A DNA stretch of 64,000 nucleotides, taken from positions 1 through 64,000 of the forward strand of contig MNCI01002227.1 in NCBI GenBank assembly GCA_015680685.1, given 5' to 3'. Origin of the DNA: Gnetum montanum (Eukaryota; Plantae; Gnetophyta). The position numbers and the translations under genes were made by a program. Below are positions 35,137 to 49,874 of this stretch, in pieces. Positions within the stretch are counted from its first letter, which is position 1, and each line of letters begins with the position of its first letter. The notes below the pieces were generated by a model. The model saw only the letters and a list, made by a program, of their open reading frames with translations. It ran no database searches and was not told where the DNA came from.

Positions 35137-38100
35137 TTAATTTCATGGCTTACTCAAAGGTTGCATCTTTCTTGATTAGTTCTACTAGTAGCTTGGTGAT
35201 TTTAGAGAAATTTTCAATAAAATGCCTATAGTAAGCAAAATTTCCAAGGAATTACCTTACATCTCTGATATTTTGAGGTTGTCTTGTTATTTCTTTGATA
35301 ACCCTTATGTTTTCATGGTTCACCTTGATTATTTTTTCTAAAATTCTATGCCCCAGAACAAGTTCATCTTAGACTATCAAATGACTCGTTTGCCAATTAA
35401 GCCATAGGTTTGTCTCTGCACATTGTTTTAGTGCTTGCTCAAGACAATCTAGTGCTTATTCAAAATCAGTGTCATAGGTAGCAAAGTCATTCATGAAGAC
35501 TTCCATACCATTGCTAATCTGTTGCTAAAAGATACTTAGAACTAACCAGGTAAAGGTTGCAGGGGCATTATAGAGGCCAAAAAGCATCTTCTTGTATGAG
35601 AAAGTTCCACAGGGACCTATGAAAGTTATTTTGGCCTAGAGTTCTAGAATAATTTGTATTTGGTTGTACCCAGTATGCCCATTTAGAAAAATGTAATAGT
35701 TATGTCTTGCAATTATATTCAATACTTGGTCCAAAAATGAAAATGGAAAATAATCTTTAAACATAGTCATGTTTAGCAACTTGAAGTTTATATAGACTCT
35801 CCTTTGTCCCACTTTCTTTGGCATAATAAAGAATGGGGTTATGCGCTTACTATTTGCCACTAGATATATGAATCCTGCTTTGAGAATTTTGGATCCAACA
35901 TTCTATGTAGCTACCTCTTGGGTTTAATAGTGGAGTATGTGCAAATTTAATACTCTCATATGTGTGGATCTACTCCTATAAATTCATTAGATGACCAAGC
36001 AAAGGTTGTGGACCATTTGTTTATGACCTTTAGTAGCTTCTCCTTTTGTTTCTTAGTGAGATTAGCGTTGAAAATTATGAATTTGGAATTATTAGGAAAT
36101 ACATATTCTAGAGTTTCCAATAAATATTTGAATTCCAAGGGTTCTTATCTCAAAATATCAAGGATTTTCCACTCTTCCCAATCCATTTCTACTTCTTCCC
36201 TATATTTTTTTTATAAATAATTCATTTTGAATCTACTCCATTTTGTTCATCTTATCAATATATGCACTTATGAGAATTTCATCTATTCCATGCACATTAT
36301 TGAACTAGCACTATCATCTGTTATTAACCACTAGATATCCTCTTATTTCGTGGTTGCTATGTACATGCACCTTTAGACATCTATTGTTTCAGCATACTTT
36401 TTACATGCCATGATGATGTGCTTTGTACAGGTCATATTTTCTTCATGCAATGGCACCTTATGTCACTATACATGATGCATGGAACCCTCTTCTTCTTGAC
36501 CTTTTCAAATTTATTTTGCTTGAAGATTTTCAAGGAGAAGACTTTAATCCCTAGCTTGGCTTCAATTGTGCTTACCCAAGCCCTTTTCATGATAATTGGG
36601 AAGTCCCCCTTATAATTGTCTACATGAATGACTTGGAAGTCTACTAGATATGACCATCCACAGATAGTGGGCATGATATCCTTCGCAAGTCCTAAAGGAA
36701 TAGTGATGGATTGATCAGCAAGCTCCAACATAACAGTGTGTACATTTTGGGATCTTTAGTTTGAAGGTGGCTTAGTGGTTATCTCAGGAGTAGCTTGAGG
36801 AAGATTAATAGCCATAGATGCCTACATGAGTTTAGGTGGACTTTTGGATTTGAAGAAAGCCCTTTTCTAAGGCTTATGCTCAAAACTAGTCAAATTTTCA
36901 TTTGGCTATAAGTTCATGGCCTACGTGACATTATGTTGCTAAGGTTGTAGTGGGGTCTCACCTTACATAGCTAGTGTAGGTGGCAAAGGAGTGGAGTTGT
37001 GAGGTGCAAAGTGTTATGGTGGATAATTAGGAGTGTATGAAGAAGGAGATTTAGCTTGTGGAATAGTAGGTCTATATTATTTAGGGGGTAGTCATGATGA
37101 AGAAAAGAAGTATGACTTATAGAGCCACTAAGAGACATAGGTTGCTAGACATAATATTCATATGGGTCCAACTGGTAGTAAGTATATTGTTGCCTTAGTA
37201 GTGGCATCCCCCCACAATTGTGGGTTTTTCCATAGATGATAATGATCTTGAGGGTGAGATGGCACTCTACTCGAATAATAATATTGTTGGTGGAACCATT
37301 GCTGATAATTGCCTTGTGGATAATGTAATTTCTTGGGTGGTTGCCTTCTTGCAAATTTTGGGTTCAAGGCATAAACACCAAATTCTTGTAGGTATGACAA
37401 TATAGAACAACATCTTTTGGGATGTTCATATTGGTAGATGTCACATCCTTCTTCTATTTCAGAATCTCTAACCTCATCAACTCTAAAGTCTTACCTTTTG
37501 ATTAATAGTAGTGCTTTCATGCATTCTTTCTTCTACTTCTATTCTTATCTCAGTTCCCCTACCTTGTTTTATCCTTCATAATTTTTAGAGTAGTTTGAAA
37601 CTTCTCATCTAAGGAGTCTTACATTATATCCACCTTAGTTGATATTTCTATGATAGATTTTTTAATTGATAAGATTTTCCTTTGTACCATTTCTTCTAGT
37701 AATGCTTCCTCCTTAGGGTTGTAAAGATGTACCTTCCTTTTATGAATGAAGAAGTCTATGTTATACTTCTCTATATTTGCTTATTTTTTAATTCTCCTTA
37801 TTCCTTGACCACTTGATTAATAAGCCCATCTTCCTCTTCATTTTTTCATTTTTGATAATCTTCCTTAGGCATAAATTCCAAGAGACTATTTGGTTTTATT
37901 TCTAAGCTCATCTATCACATGATGAAGTTGTTTCCTTTTAGAGAAATCGTATCCTAGGCATTAGTGTAAAAGAGAGTAATACCTTTCCAAGGTTGCATCA
38001 AGGGATTCATGATTATCTTGTTTCCATCCTGGAATTTTCTTCCTTAAGTTAGACATTTTGTAGTATATTTGATAGTCATCATTGAATAAATCTAACATTG

Positions 38101-39272
38101 TTTTGCACCTATAGATAGATTCTAGTTCCAAAGACTAGTAACAACTCTGAGCTTCTCTGATGAGTGTCCTAGGAAACAATTTGAGTTTTTGTCTCTCATT
38201 CTCAATGTTTGGCAAGGTATAGGCATCATGAAGTAGTTATAAATCATGTTGTGAATCAACATTGTATCCTTATTTAAACTTAGGAATATTATTCATATCA
38301 AGCCATTTGATTTAGCTATTCCTTTGATGCCATGAGGGAATATGAATTACCTCCAAGATGTTTATCATGCTTCTTGTAGCAAGAAGTGACTCATCATAGT
38401 CATCATATTCATCATGTCCTATGTCATGGTCATGTCTCCTATGATGTGGCCTACTATGCCTTATTTCTCGATGATGCCCCTCCTCTCCTTGCTTTTGTGT
38501 ATGCTTACTCCTCTCATCTCTAAATGAGGGCTTCTATCATGTCCATCTTGGCCTTGATCATTTCTCCTTTGGTCTTAGTCATGTTTTCCCTTGTTAGAGT
38601 TTGTTGATGAGGATGATAGTAAGGATGGAGGACTAAGAGAGTTGTGCTAGCTTACCTTCATTCTTTGGGTCTTTTATTGTTCTTTTGATGAATGGTTGGG
38701 GGACCTTGGCCTTGAGGCTCCCCTAGTTCTAGGACCAGTTCTTTCCTTAATTTGGTTGCTTGCCAAGGTTGAACATAACCATTGATGGGTCATGTTATCC
38801 TTACTGAAGGAAGGAGGACCTTGGTGCTAGGATCATCATGATGGAAATTTTGGATCCTCCTTCTGTAATTGTGAAGTTAGTAAGATTTGGACATTTTACC
38901 CTTATAGGCTTCATGGCATGCCTCCATAAGTTTCTCTTTTCAGAGTTAGGCCTCTATTGCTTAATAGTCCCTTGAGAGGTGCTCCTTCATGATAATCTAG
39001 GGCTACTAGTTCAAGCCCCAACTTCATAAGAACTACCATGAACATTGAAGGAATAGAACAAACAAGGAGAAACAAAACATTACCCTTTAGGTCTCTCTAG
39101 TGTAACTATTCATCTTGAAGAAGGATTAAAGTGAAGTCTAGATAATATGGATCTGGGTGTGCTAGACAACCTTCAATTGTTAAGGTATCTCATCAGCATT
39201 CCTTCTAAGTCTATTATGTTGTTTATTAAGATCATCAATAAGTGGTGAATCAGCCCTACAAGAAGAAGAAAT
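35137..39272 (-). pseudogene. gag-RT part of element C (protease core deleted)
   Basis: RT motifs MPKKVGQRRVYINFKLLN...FLNGHTGYNQI and VFMNDF; gag homologous to A and E. Confidence 0.9.
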
Positions 39273-39426
39273 CTTAGTTTCCTCTTATGTAATGTACCTC
39301 AAATAAACTATTAGTATTACTTTTTAAGGATTAGGCATTATACTCATACAATGACCTTATATGATGTTACTATTTAAAAACACTTAGTGCACATAGTTAA
39401 AATGAAATCCTTGGTAATGACAATAA

Positions 39427-40260
39427 TAATGAGCAGTCGGTATTCCCTACACGCAACCAAAGGAATCATAAGAGTGTATGCATGATTCGGTTAAATTTTT
39501 TGGACTTCTTCTAAGTAAGTTGCCTATGTACTAGACAGTAAAATGTGTGGTTATTCGTTGTCATCTTTCCAATCATCACTTATGTTAACTTTGTCCACAT
39601 GACTAGTGTGATTGAGATGTAAGGTATTTTTATATTTATAATTTTTATAATTTTTTATATTTATAAATATTTAAAGAAAGGAAAAGATTGAACTATTTAA
39701 CTTTACTAATTAATAACTAAACTATCCTAGACATAGAGCATCCATTCCCATTTTCCATACACAACATGAATGTATACTAACACGTTTGGGTTACCAAGTG
39801 TTTACTATTGAGTGTACCAAGTATTCACTGCTAGGATTATCAAGCGTTAGTATATTATGCTTAAAGTGTTCATGCTTATGTTACTTATGAATTAGGATTT
39901 TAAAATGCTTAAGTACAAGAAAGTAAAGTGCATATAAAGTAGAATGCTTGAAAGTAAACTTAAACTAATCCAAGTGCTGTAATGAAGAGAAGAAATCTCA
40001 ATTTAATTTCCATTTATGCAATTGTGTTTAGGTATATATTGCACTTAAATAAAATTCCATACAATAAATTCATTCCACATTGTAAGCACTCATAGGGTAA
40101 TTTCACTAAGTTCTATGGAAGAAACTTGCATACTTATATGCTGCTAGTATCATACTTATATAGGCTTTGGGAGGATTGGCATTAACACACATGCACTACT
40201 ACATCTTGAGATGCATCGATGGGATTGCATTGATGTAGTTGACTTATTAACACCTCATCA
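39427..40260 (-). repeat. 5' LTR of element C
   Basis: taatgagc...cctcatca on plus; homologous to 19758-20572; followed by TSD CCAAT. Confidence 0.92.
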
Positions 40261-40786
40261 CCAATGTCAGTCCTAAACCTAAATATGAAAGGAGGAGGGT
40301 TAGCATAAGCTTGGTAAGCAATTGTAAAACCTTACCAAGGCTTATGGATGAGTTTCCTTTTCAAATTTCATAGTGTTAAAGCATTACTTAGATGCAATGT
40401 GCAATAGTTACATGATCAAAGATGATTTAAAAAAAATTACAAATGAATAAAAAGCTAGCTTTTCATAGAGGAAAATGGGGAAATAACACATATAGCCCAC
40501 TCGATTTTATTGGGACAAGGCTAGGATTATGATGAGTATATAGAAGAAAAGAAACATAGGCCTTCAACTTCCCAAGTACCTCCAATATTTCATCATAAAT
40601 ACCTATTGCATGTTTACTAGCAAATGTCCATGTTGCACATTGTCCCATATAGTGTTCTGATCATCTCCCAAAGAATGTTCCATTCTGATTGACTATTGTG
40701 AAAATTGGCATTTTTAAATGTTTATATAACCTTGTTGGTTATTTTGATATCCTATGCCACGAAGTAAGATGTTTTGTTTGTCTTTA

Positions 40787-41663
40787 TGATGAAGTGTCAA
40801 TAAAGTAGTTATGTTGCACATGCCCATCAATGTATCCTTGTTGACATATCTCAAGATGCATTGGTGCATGTGCATTAATGCTAATCTAACTATTGCCTAT
40901 ATAAGTAAGCACACCAATCACATTTATGGCACCATTTGATTGATTCCCTAGCTAGAATCTTGTAGTTTCTTTCATTAGAACTTAGTAAACTTTTCTCTCT
41001 AAGTGCCCACAACGTAGACTGAATTGATTGTACAAAATTTTATTTGAGTGTAATATGTCCCTAAATACAATGGTATGAACAATAATAAAATCAAGATTTT
41101 TCTATCCATTGCAACACTTACATTAGTTTAAGTTTATTTTCTACTTTTTACTTTAAATGCAATATACTTTCTTTTCCTTTTTGCATTTAATATTCTAATT
41201 CATAAGTAATGTGAGTACAACCACTTTGAGCATAATATACTAACACTTGGTAATCCATGTAGTGAATACTTGGTACACCCAACAATAAATAGTTGGTAAC
41301 CTAGCAATGTTAGCATACATTTAGGATATGTACGGAGAGTGAAAGCAGATGTTATAGGTTTAGGATAGTTTAGTAAATTAATTAGCAAAACTAAATACTT
41401 AATCTATCCTTTAATTAATCCTTCTATAGATAAAGAAAATAATAAAAATTATAAGAATAAATATCTTATGCCTCAATCACACTTAATCATATGAACAAGT
41501 TTGACACAAGTGAGGATTGGAAAGATAATGATTAGTAATCATGTCTTTCACTATCTAAGAATATAGGCCACTTAGGTAAATATAGGACATAAAATTCAAC
41601 TAGATTATGCATAAAAATTAGTTATTTATATGATTTCATGTAAGGAATACTTGTTGCTCATCA
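40787..41663 (+). repeat. 5' LTR of element E
   Basis: TGATG...CATCA; closely related to the C LTRs. Confidence 0.9.
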
Positions 41664-41683
41664 TTAGCGTCGTTGTTGAGGAT
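41664..41683 (+). promoter_or_regulatory. primer binding site, tRNA-Asp type (degenerate)
   Basis: ttagcgtcgttgttgaggat resembles the Athila PBS TGGCGCCGTTGCCGGGGAT; similar at 51029-51048. Confidence 0.75.
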
Positions 41684-41817
41684 GTATTTTAGTAATGTAC
41701 ACTAAGAATTTTTAGATAGTGAAATCATACAAAGTGATTATAAAAATATCACACATCACTTTTTAAAATAATAGCAATAATATTTTATTAAGGCATACTA
41801 TATAAGAATAAAATAAG

Positions 41818-44800
41818 ATATCCTCTTTTTGCAAGATTGATTCACCAACTATCGATGATCCTAAACAATAACATGATAAACCTAGAAGGAATGTCGATGA
41901 GATACTTCAACAAATGAAGGTTAACTATGCACATACAGATTCCTATTATCTAGACTTCACTTTCATCCTCCATTAGGATGAATAGTTACCTCTTGATCAT
42001 TTTATCCCTTTAATGTTCATGGCACTTCTCATGAAGCTGGGGCTTGAACCAGTAGCCCAAGATTATCAAGTAAAGGAGCATATCTCTATAGACTATCACC
42101 CAACAAAGGTTCGGCTCATAAAAGATATTGTCATGGAGGCATGCCATGAATCCTCTAAGGATAAAAACGTCCCAATCTCACTATTTTCACAATCAGAAAA
42201 GGAGTACCCAAAATTTTGATCAAGGCAATCTTAGCACCAATGTTCTTCTCTCTTCGATGTGGATGACAAAACTCATCAACGATTATGTTAAACCTTGGCA
42301 AGTAACCAAGGTGAGGGGAGAACTAATTCTAGAGTTAGGAGAATCTTAAGACTAAGGTTTTCCAATCATTCACCAAGAGAACAACCAATGGACTAAAGAA
42401 GCACCACTCTCCTAGTCCTCCACCTTTACCATCCTCTTCATCGTTAAACCCTGACAAAAGAAAATGTGATCAAGAGTGAAGTTTACATGATCAAGGTTGA
42501 GATGGAGATGATAGAAGGCCCAATCATAGAGATGGGAGGAGAGAGCATAGAAAAAACTAAGAAGAGAATAAGCATCATTAGGAAAGAACACATGGCAAGC
42601 CACATCATAGGAGACATGAGCATGATAGGGGCCACCATGAATATAATGACTATGATGAGCCACTACTTAATACAAGAGGCATGATAAACATTTTAGAGGT
42701 AGTTCATATTCCCACCAAACATTAAAGGGATGGCTAAATTAAATGACTTGATATGAACATCTCTAAGTTTGAGGGAGAGTATAATGCTAATCCACAAAAT
42801 CATTTGCAAGCCTTCCATGATGCTTGTGTATTATAGAACATTACAAATGAGTGGTAGAAACTCTAACTATTCCCCAAAACACTTTTTAAATAAGTTGAAA
42901 GTTAGTACTAGTCCTTGGAGCAAGAATCTATTCATAGATAAAGTATGATGATGGAACTATTTAACAATAAATATAAAATGTACTCTAGGATATTTAGCAT
43001 GAGAAAACAAATCCAAGGATGGAAATAAGGTAATTATGAATCCCTTGATATAGCCTTGGGCAGGTATTACTCTCTTTTGTACTAATGTCTAGGCCATGGT
43101 TTCTCTTAAAGGGAATAGCATTGCCAAGATGGGCTCAGAAACAAAACTAGAAAAACTTTTGGATTTTATGCCTAAGGGAGATTGTCAAAAATGTGTGGTT
43201 ATAAGATCTAAAGATTTATTGCTTAGGTGACCAATAAAGAAGGAGAACCCAAAAAGAGAAAAAGTGTAAAGGAATATAATGAAGACTCCTCCATTCCCAA
43301 ACAAGAGGTCCATCTCTACAACCTAAGGAGGAAGCACCCCCACTAGATAAAATGGTGCAAAGGGAAACCTTTCTAATCTAAAAATCTATCATCGAGATAT
43401 CGTTTAAGGTGAAAAAAATGTGGGACTTCTTAGACTATAAGTTTTAAATTTCTCTAGAGATTATGGAGGAGAAAACAGACCAAGGGAACCAAGATAAGAA
43501 CACAAGGAGAAAAAATAATAAGACTACTATCAACAAAAGGATAAGGCTACAGTAGCTGATGAGGTTGTAAATTTTGAGACAGAGAAAGAAAGATGTGACA
43601 TCTACCAATAATAGTATTATTATAGTGGAGTGCCACCTCAACCTCAAAACCATTATTATCAATAGAAAAATCTACAATTATGGGGGATGCCATCACCAAG
43701 ATAGCAATATCCTTACCGTTAACCAAACTTGTATGGATATTATGCCAAACACCTGTATCTCCTAGTGGCTCTACAAGCCACACTTCTTCTTCTCATTACT
43801 ATTATCCTCCTAGATATCATAGAGTAACCATTGCATGAGTCAAATCTCCTTCCACTTATCCTCTTCATTATTCACCACATTACTCTACATCTTCTAATTG
43901 GACTCCCTTCCCACCTACACTACTTATGTAAGGTGAAATACCACTATAGCCTTGGGAACATGATGCTATGAGGGTTGTGAACTTACAACTAGATTACAAT
44001 TCAAGTGGCTTTGAGTGTAAGCTTTGAAAAAATTCCTTTCTTCAAACCTAATAGTCCACTAACCCCTGTAGGCATATGTGATTGCTAATCCTTCACAAAC
44101 TAGTTGAGAAATCCCTGATGAGCTACCTTCAAATCAAAGGTCCTAAAATGTTTATACTATCATGTTAACTCATCTAGGTATAGACTGGATTAAGGCATGA
44201 CACATTTCTAGGAAAAGATCTTATCATAGAAACCCTCTAATTTACTTATAGATTACAACAAATGATCCATGTAAAGCTTTAGTAAACTCAAGTTCCAAGG
44301 TGAACTTAATTTACCAAGAGATTTATAAGACTTGGAACCTACCTCCACTAAAGAAATGTAATATCATATTAGAGCTCACAAATCAATCCATCATTATCCC
44401 TTTGGTTTAGTGGAAAATATTATGATCACTATTTTCTGGTAATCCATGTGGACAATGTTAAGGAGGACTTCCCAATTATCATGGGAAGGGCTTGGCTAAG
44501 CACAATTAATGCCAAGCTAGGAATCAAAGACCTCTCCCTTGAAATCTCCAAGGAAAATAACTTTGGGAAAGTTGGGAAGAAGAGAGTTCCATGCATTGCA
44601 GACAACAACATAGGGTGTTATTGTGTGTAAAAAATATGATTTGTAAATAGCACATTCATCATAGCATGCAAGAAGTATGTTGAAACATTAGATGTCTGAA
44701 GTTTTGTGTATGTAGTAGCCACAAGACAAGAAGGTATCAAGTGGCTAATAGTAGATATTAGCTTTAGTTCAATAACGTATGTGAAACCAGTTGAACTTCT

Positions 44801-47800
44801 CACAAGTGCTTATATTGATAAGATGGATGAAATGGAGAAAATTCAAAACCAACTCTTTCACATAGAATCAAATATGGATTGGAAAGAGTAGAAAATTCCT
44901 AATAGCTTCAAATAAGAACCCCTTGAACTTAAATCTTTACCAACAACTTCAAAGTATGTATTTGTTAATAATGACAAGCTAGTAATCATCAATGCTAACC
45001 TCATTAAGAAACAAAAGGGAAAGCTACTAAAAGTAGTAAAAAATGGCTAGCAACCTTTGTTTGGACATATGATGAATTGACTAGAATAGATTTGTGCATA
45101 TGCCAGCAATGGATCTATACAGACTCCACCATCAAACCAAAGAGTCAATTGTAGAGGAGGTTGAATCAAAAGCTAAAGAAAATTGTAAAAATGGAAGTTG
45201 AAAAAGTTCTTAAAGCAAGATTCATTAATCTTGTAGTAGATAATGAGTGGGTAAGCCCACTCATTATTATGCCAAAGAAAGAAGGACAATGAAGGATCTA
45301 TATAGATTTCAAGCTATTAAACATGAACACATTCAAAGATCATTTTCCATTGCAATTTATGGACCAAGTGTTGGATACAACTACAAAGAACAATTATTAC
45401 AACTTTTTGGATAGGTACAGTGGCTACAACCAAATCAAAATTGCACTAGAAGACCAAGCCAAAATAACTTTTACAAGTTCCTTAAGGATAATTACATATT
45501 AAAAGATGTCCTTTAGCCTCTATAATGTTCCTACCACTTTCCAACATGTAGTCCTAAGAATCTTTTAATAGCAAATTGGTAGTGGTATGGAGGTCTTCGT
45601 GGATGACTTCTCCACCTATGACATAAATTTTAAATACACATTGGACCATCTTGAGTAGGTACTAAAATCATATGTGAAGACAAACTTGTGGCTCAATTGG
45701 AAAAAGAGCTATTTGATGGTCCAAGATGGCACTATCTTGAGGCATAGAATTTCAAGGAAAGATATTGAGGTGGACCTTTAAAAAGTCAAGACCAACTAAG
45801 GAATAACTGGACAACCTCAAACTATTGAAGATGTGAGATCATTTCTTGGTCATATTGGTTACTATAAGTGCTTCATTGAAAATTGATTTACAATTGGCAA
45901 ACCATTGGTAGAGCTCACCAAGAAGAATGGAGCTTTCAAATGGACCAAGGAATGCAAAAAAGCATTGTAACACTCGAAGTAGATGCTCATAGAGTCTTCA
46001 ATTCATCCTAGATTGGTCCAAACCATTACACATCATAATAGACACATCTAACTATGCCTTGGAAGTAGTACTTACACAAATGAATGATCAAAAACATCCA
46101 TATTATATTCATTATGCAACCAAGAGCATTGTGGATGCACAACTTAACTGTACCATCACTAAAAAAGAACTCATGGAGGTGGTGTATGCCTTAGAAATAT
46201 TTGGGCACTATGTGCTTGGATGCCCAATATTTATGCACACTGAACACAATGCAATCCATTTCCTAATGACCAAGCCAATGGTAAGCCTCCATGTTATACA
46301 ATGGTTGGTCATCTTATTTGGTCTTACCATGATGGATAGAAAAGGGACTGAGAATGTAGATGTAGATCATTTGCCTTGGTTAAGATTGGATAGCAATGAT
46401 GATGAACAACATTTATCTGATCAATTCCCAAATGAAGTTCTCTTTGCGAAGGTAATTAAAGTTCATACACCAAGGTTCACAAATTAGTATGATAAGTTCC
46501 TCTCATATTTACTCACACAGGAGACTCCCATTAAATGGGATCATACAAAGAAATAGTAGTTTCTTCATCAGTCCAAACATTACATGGAGATTGAAGGAAA
46601 CATCTATAAGGTTTATGTCAATGGCCTAGTATAATGGTGTGTACTTGATGTACATCAATTAAGAATATTTCAAGATTCTCATAAAAGTCCTTGTGGGGGC
46701 CACTATGAAGGAAGAAGAATAGCCATAAAGATCCTAATGGTAGGATGCTTTTGGCCAAAAATCTTTAGGAATGCACATCATTTCTCTCATTCTTACGAGA
46801 GGTGTCAAAGAGATGAAGAAATGACAATTCGAATGGAAGGGCTCCAACAATGGATTTAACCACTAGAACCTTTCAACCTTTAGGGAATTAACTTCATTGG
46901 ATCCATCACTCCCATGTCCAATGGGAAATCCTACATTATTGTTATCATTGATGATTGTACTAAGTGGGCTAACGTTGTAGCCATATCTAATTGTACTTCT
47001 ACCAATACAACTCGATTTTCTCAACAATAGGTGGCAAACAAATTTGGTTTGCATAGAGCACAAATTTTTGATAATGAAATGCATTTTACAGATTCTACTT
47101 TTATCGAGTTAATGCAACACCTAGGGGTGCAACATTAAATCAAAACACCTTATCACCCTCAAGCCAATGGTCAAGCAAAGGTAACCAATAGGAAGATCAC
47201 AAGAATCTTAACACAAACCATTAGTAGATATAGGAAAGATAAGAGCAATAAACTTAACAATGTCCTTTGGGCATATCGCTAAACATGGAAAATTCCTACA
47301 AGCTACTCTCCCTATGAGTTAGTGTACAGAAAGTTGACCAAAATCCCAATTTAAACTGAAATTTGTGCACTCATAACTACCTATGAACTTGACTTACATA
47401 TTAATCGAACATAAAAAGAATGACTCATGACACTTAATGTGCTCTACAAAAATCAAAGAGTAGCACTAACAATAAATGAAGTGCATAAGGCACACAATAA
47501 ACAATGTTACAATGCACAAATTAAGAAAGTTACATTCAAACTAGGAGAGAAGGTTCTCTATTAGAATCCCATGCATGTGTCCCAACAAACTAAGTTCCAT
47601 ACATTATGGGAAGGACCTTACATCATCCACTCAAATTTTCCTTCTGGGGATATGAAAAGTTATGACAAATAAGCCCTCAAAACTATATGCTAGCCAACAT
47701 CCAACAAGTTAAACCACTCATGCACTCCCAAGTAACCAACCATAATACTAACACCTCTGATCAAGAACAATCACACTCCATTTTTTGTATCTCCTTCTTC

Positions 47801-47810
47801 AAACTTAGTC
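41818..47810 (+). pseudogene. gag-pol pseudogene of E (gag, protease, RT, RNaseH, integrase)
   Basis: EWVSPLIIMPKK, VFVDDF (~45594), TKKELMEVVYALE, SHKSPCGGH (HHCC), TPYHPQANGQA and WEGPY motifs; many stops. Confidence 0.92.
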
Positions 47811-49874
47811 GTGGGGAAGATATCCAATTACCATAAAATCTTGATGAGGATAAACAAATTTTCTCCTTCTTATTATATAACATTATTTATATGTTTTCCA
47901 CTTTCTCTTGTTATTTTCATTTAGCCTTATTTGAAATCTTAGATTTTGTTCTCTAGCTACTGTGAATTTTGGGAATTTTTGAATACAGCTATGAAACATA
48001 TGACTGATTACCAAAGGCTAAGTTTGTCTTTGGATTATGTTCTCTACTAACAATGTGTTAATTTCCTGGTGGTATCATGCAATGATTTTACAACATCCAT
48101 CTATTCCATGCAAAGTCTATATCATAAGAACATGAAGGATGATTTACATTGAAACTAAAGTAACATGTGATCTTGTTACCCAAAGAACTGGGAAAGGACC
48201 AAGTGGAAATAAAAACGGATGTGATCTCAAGGGGATTTGTTCTGTTCTTTTCTCAACTTCCTTCTTCAGTTCTATGGCTCCTCACTGGTATATTATCACT
48301 ACTATCAACCATAAAAGGAAGCATGTCTTTGCATGGTTAGGTTCTTGCAAAAAAAGAAAAACAAAAAAGTAATAATGAGAACTCAAAAGACACTCTTTAG
48401 AAAATTTCATGGCTACAAGCATTGGTTATGGGACTGGAAAGGCATGTTATGCATGCCTAAGGGAACAATTTAACTAAATTCCTACTTACTTTCTTCTTCT
48501 TATAGAGTGATTATTATCCTTTGTGGTTGTCATAAACTCTTAAGGTAGAAGAGAAGGAATATGTCAATGCAAGATCATTATAATTGGATTGATCTTGGTC
48601 TAAACTTGAAGCAGACTAGAATCAAATCATCTTAATCGCAAATTCCACTAAGGATCCTATGTGACCATGATGCAGCTCATTCATCTACCATTCTCTGTCT
48701 ACCATTCACATACTCTATTTTCTCTCACCTCATTGCATCATGCCATGGTAAATTAATAGTTTTATTTTATAGTCTATGTAATCATAATACAATTCCTCAC
48801 ATGGGTATGGAATTTAACTTAAAATAATCATTCATCATCCTAGGTTCCTATGGACTCCTTGTGATGAGGTTATGCAAAGGCATATTACACATAAGCCTGC
48901 TTTGGCCTAAAACATCTAGTTGTTGCTTAACTTTGGCTTAAGAAACATCTTCTAATAACTCATCCCACATGCTCAAATTGATTTAATTTTGTTATGATTT
49001 TCTCATTGTTGGCTTCCATTTGGCTCTTGTTTTGATCTTGAACTAGCCCAAAATCCCTTAATATCTTTAAGTGAAAAAATAAAGTGAATAGTTGCATCGA
49101 CATAGTGAGATTACTCAATGTAGCCCCATCAATGCATGATAGAACCTTATGTTAATCAGGCTACAATATTGTATCTATGATATCATAGCACTACATACAT
49201 CATCATTAATGCAATGTAGTGGACCATGGTCATTCCTATAAATACCAACCCACCGTCGTGTTGAAATCAAGAACTTTTGCCAATAGTGTGGTGTTCAACA
49301 GTTATACAAACTCTTTGTTCAAGTGGATTATTCTTGGGCATAATTCATGACTAAAAATAAAGATTGAGACTGTTTCTCACCATTGCAGCATCCACCTAGC
49401 TCATTTTTTACTTAGCTTAATTTTAATTTTCAAGATATTTACTTTTTCTTAAGTTGTTTACATTTTTCAAGTACTTTACTTTTTTAATGTCTTTTAGTAA
49501 GGCAATATAAGTATGACTCATTTTAAGCATGAAGTGTAATCATTTAGTAATCCAATAGTGAGTTCACTTGATTCATTTAGTAGTGGATTTACTTGGTAAT
49601 CCCAGTGATGATTACATGAGTCCTTGATGTGTATAACAAGCTAGGAACAAATACTTATCGCTATAGGCTAGCATAGATTTACATCTTTGTTATAGTTAGA
49701 CTTAGACTTCATCTTAATTTTTATTATGTCAACATTGAGGACAATTAAAGCTAAACAATATCAACATATCAAATACCTTACCAATAATTAAATTATACAA
49801 CTTGGACTTCACTAAATCAACATGAAAAAATAATGATCATGAACCTAACATTAACTACTAGCATACTTCCATTG

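Larger units (their letters stand above)
19758..40260 (-). mobile_element. Athila-like element C, both LTRs present, with nested solo LTR and Sirevirus
   Basis: TSD CCAAT at 19753-19757 and 40261-40265; homologous LTRs; degenerate PBS (~39405-39426); PPT (20573-20587); gag, RT, RNaseH, integrase and extra ORF in order. Confidence 0.95.
40787..49136 (+). mobile_element. Athila-like element E (5' part; interrupted by F)
   Basis: LTR 40787-41663, PBS, complete decayed gag-pol and a post-pol UTR homologous to C up to the internal promoter-like region. Confidence 0.9.

Noticed and set aside
40463-40690. Possible host exon or ULP1-like fragment on the minus strand
   Set aside because: No motif I can confidently recognise, an in-frame stop upstream and no neighbouring exons. 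A BLASTX would be needed.
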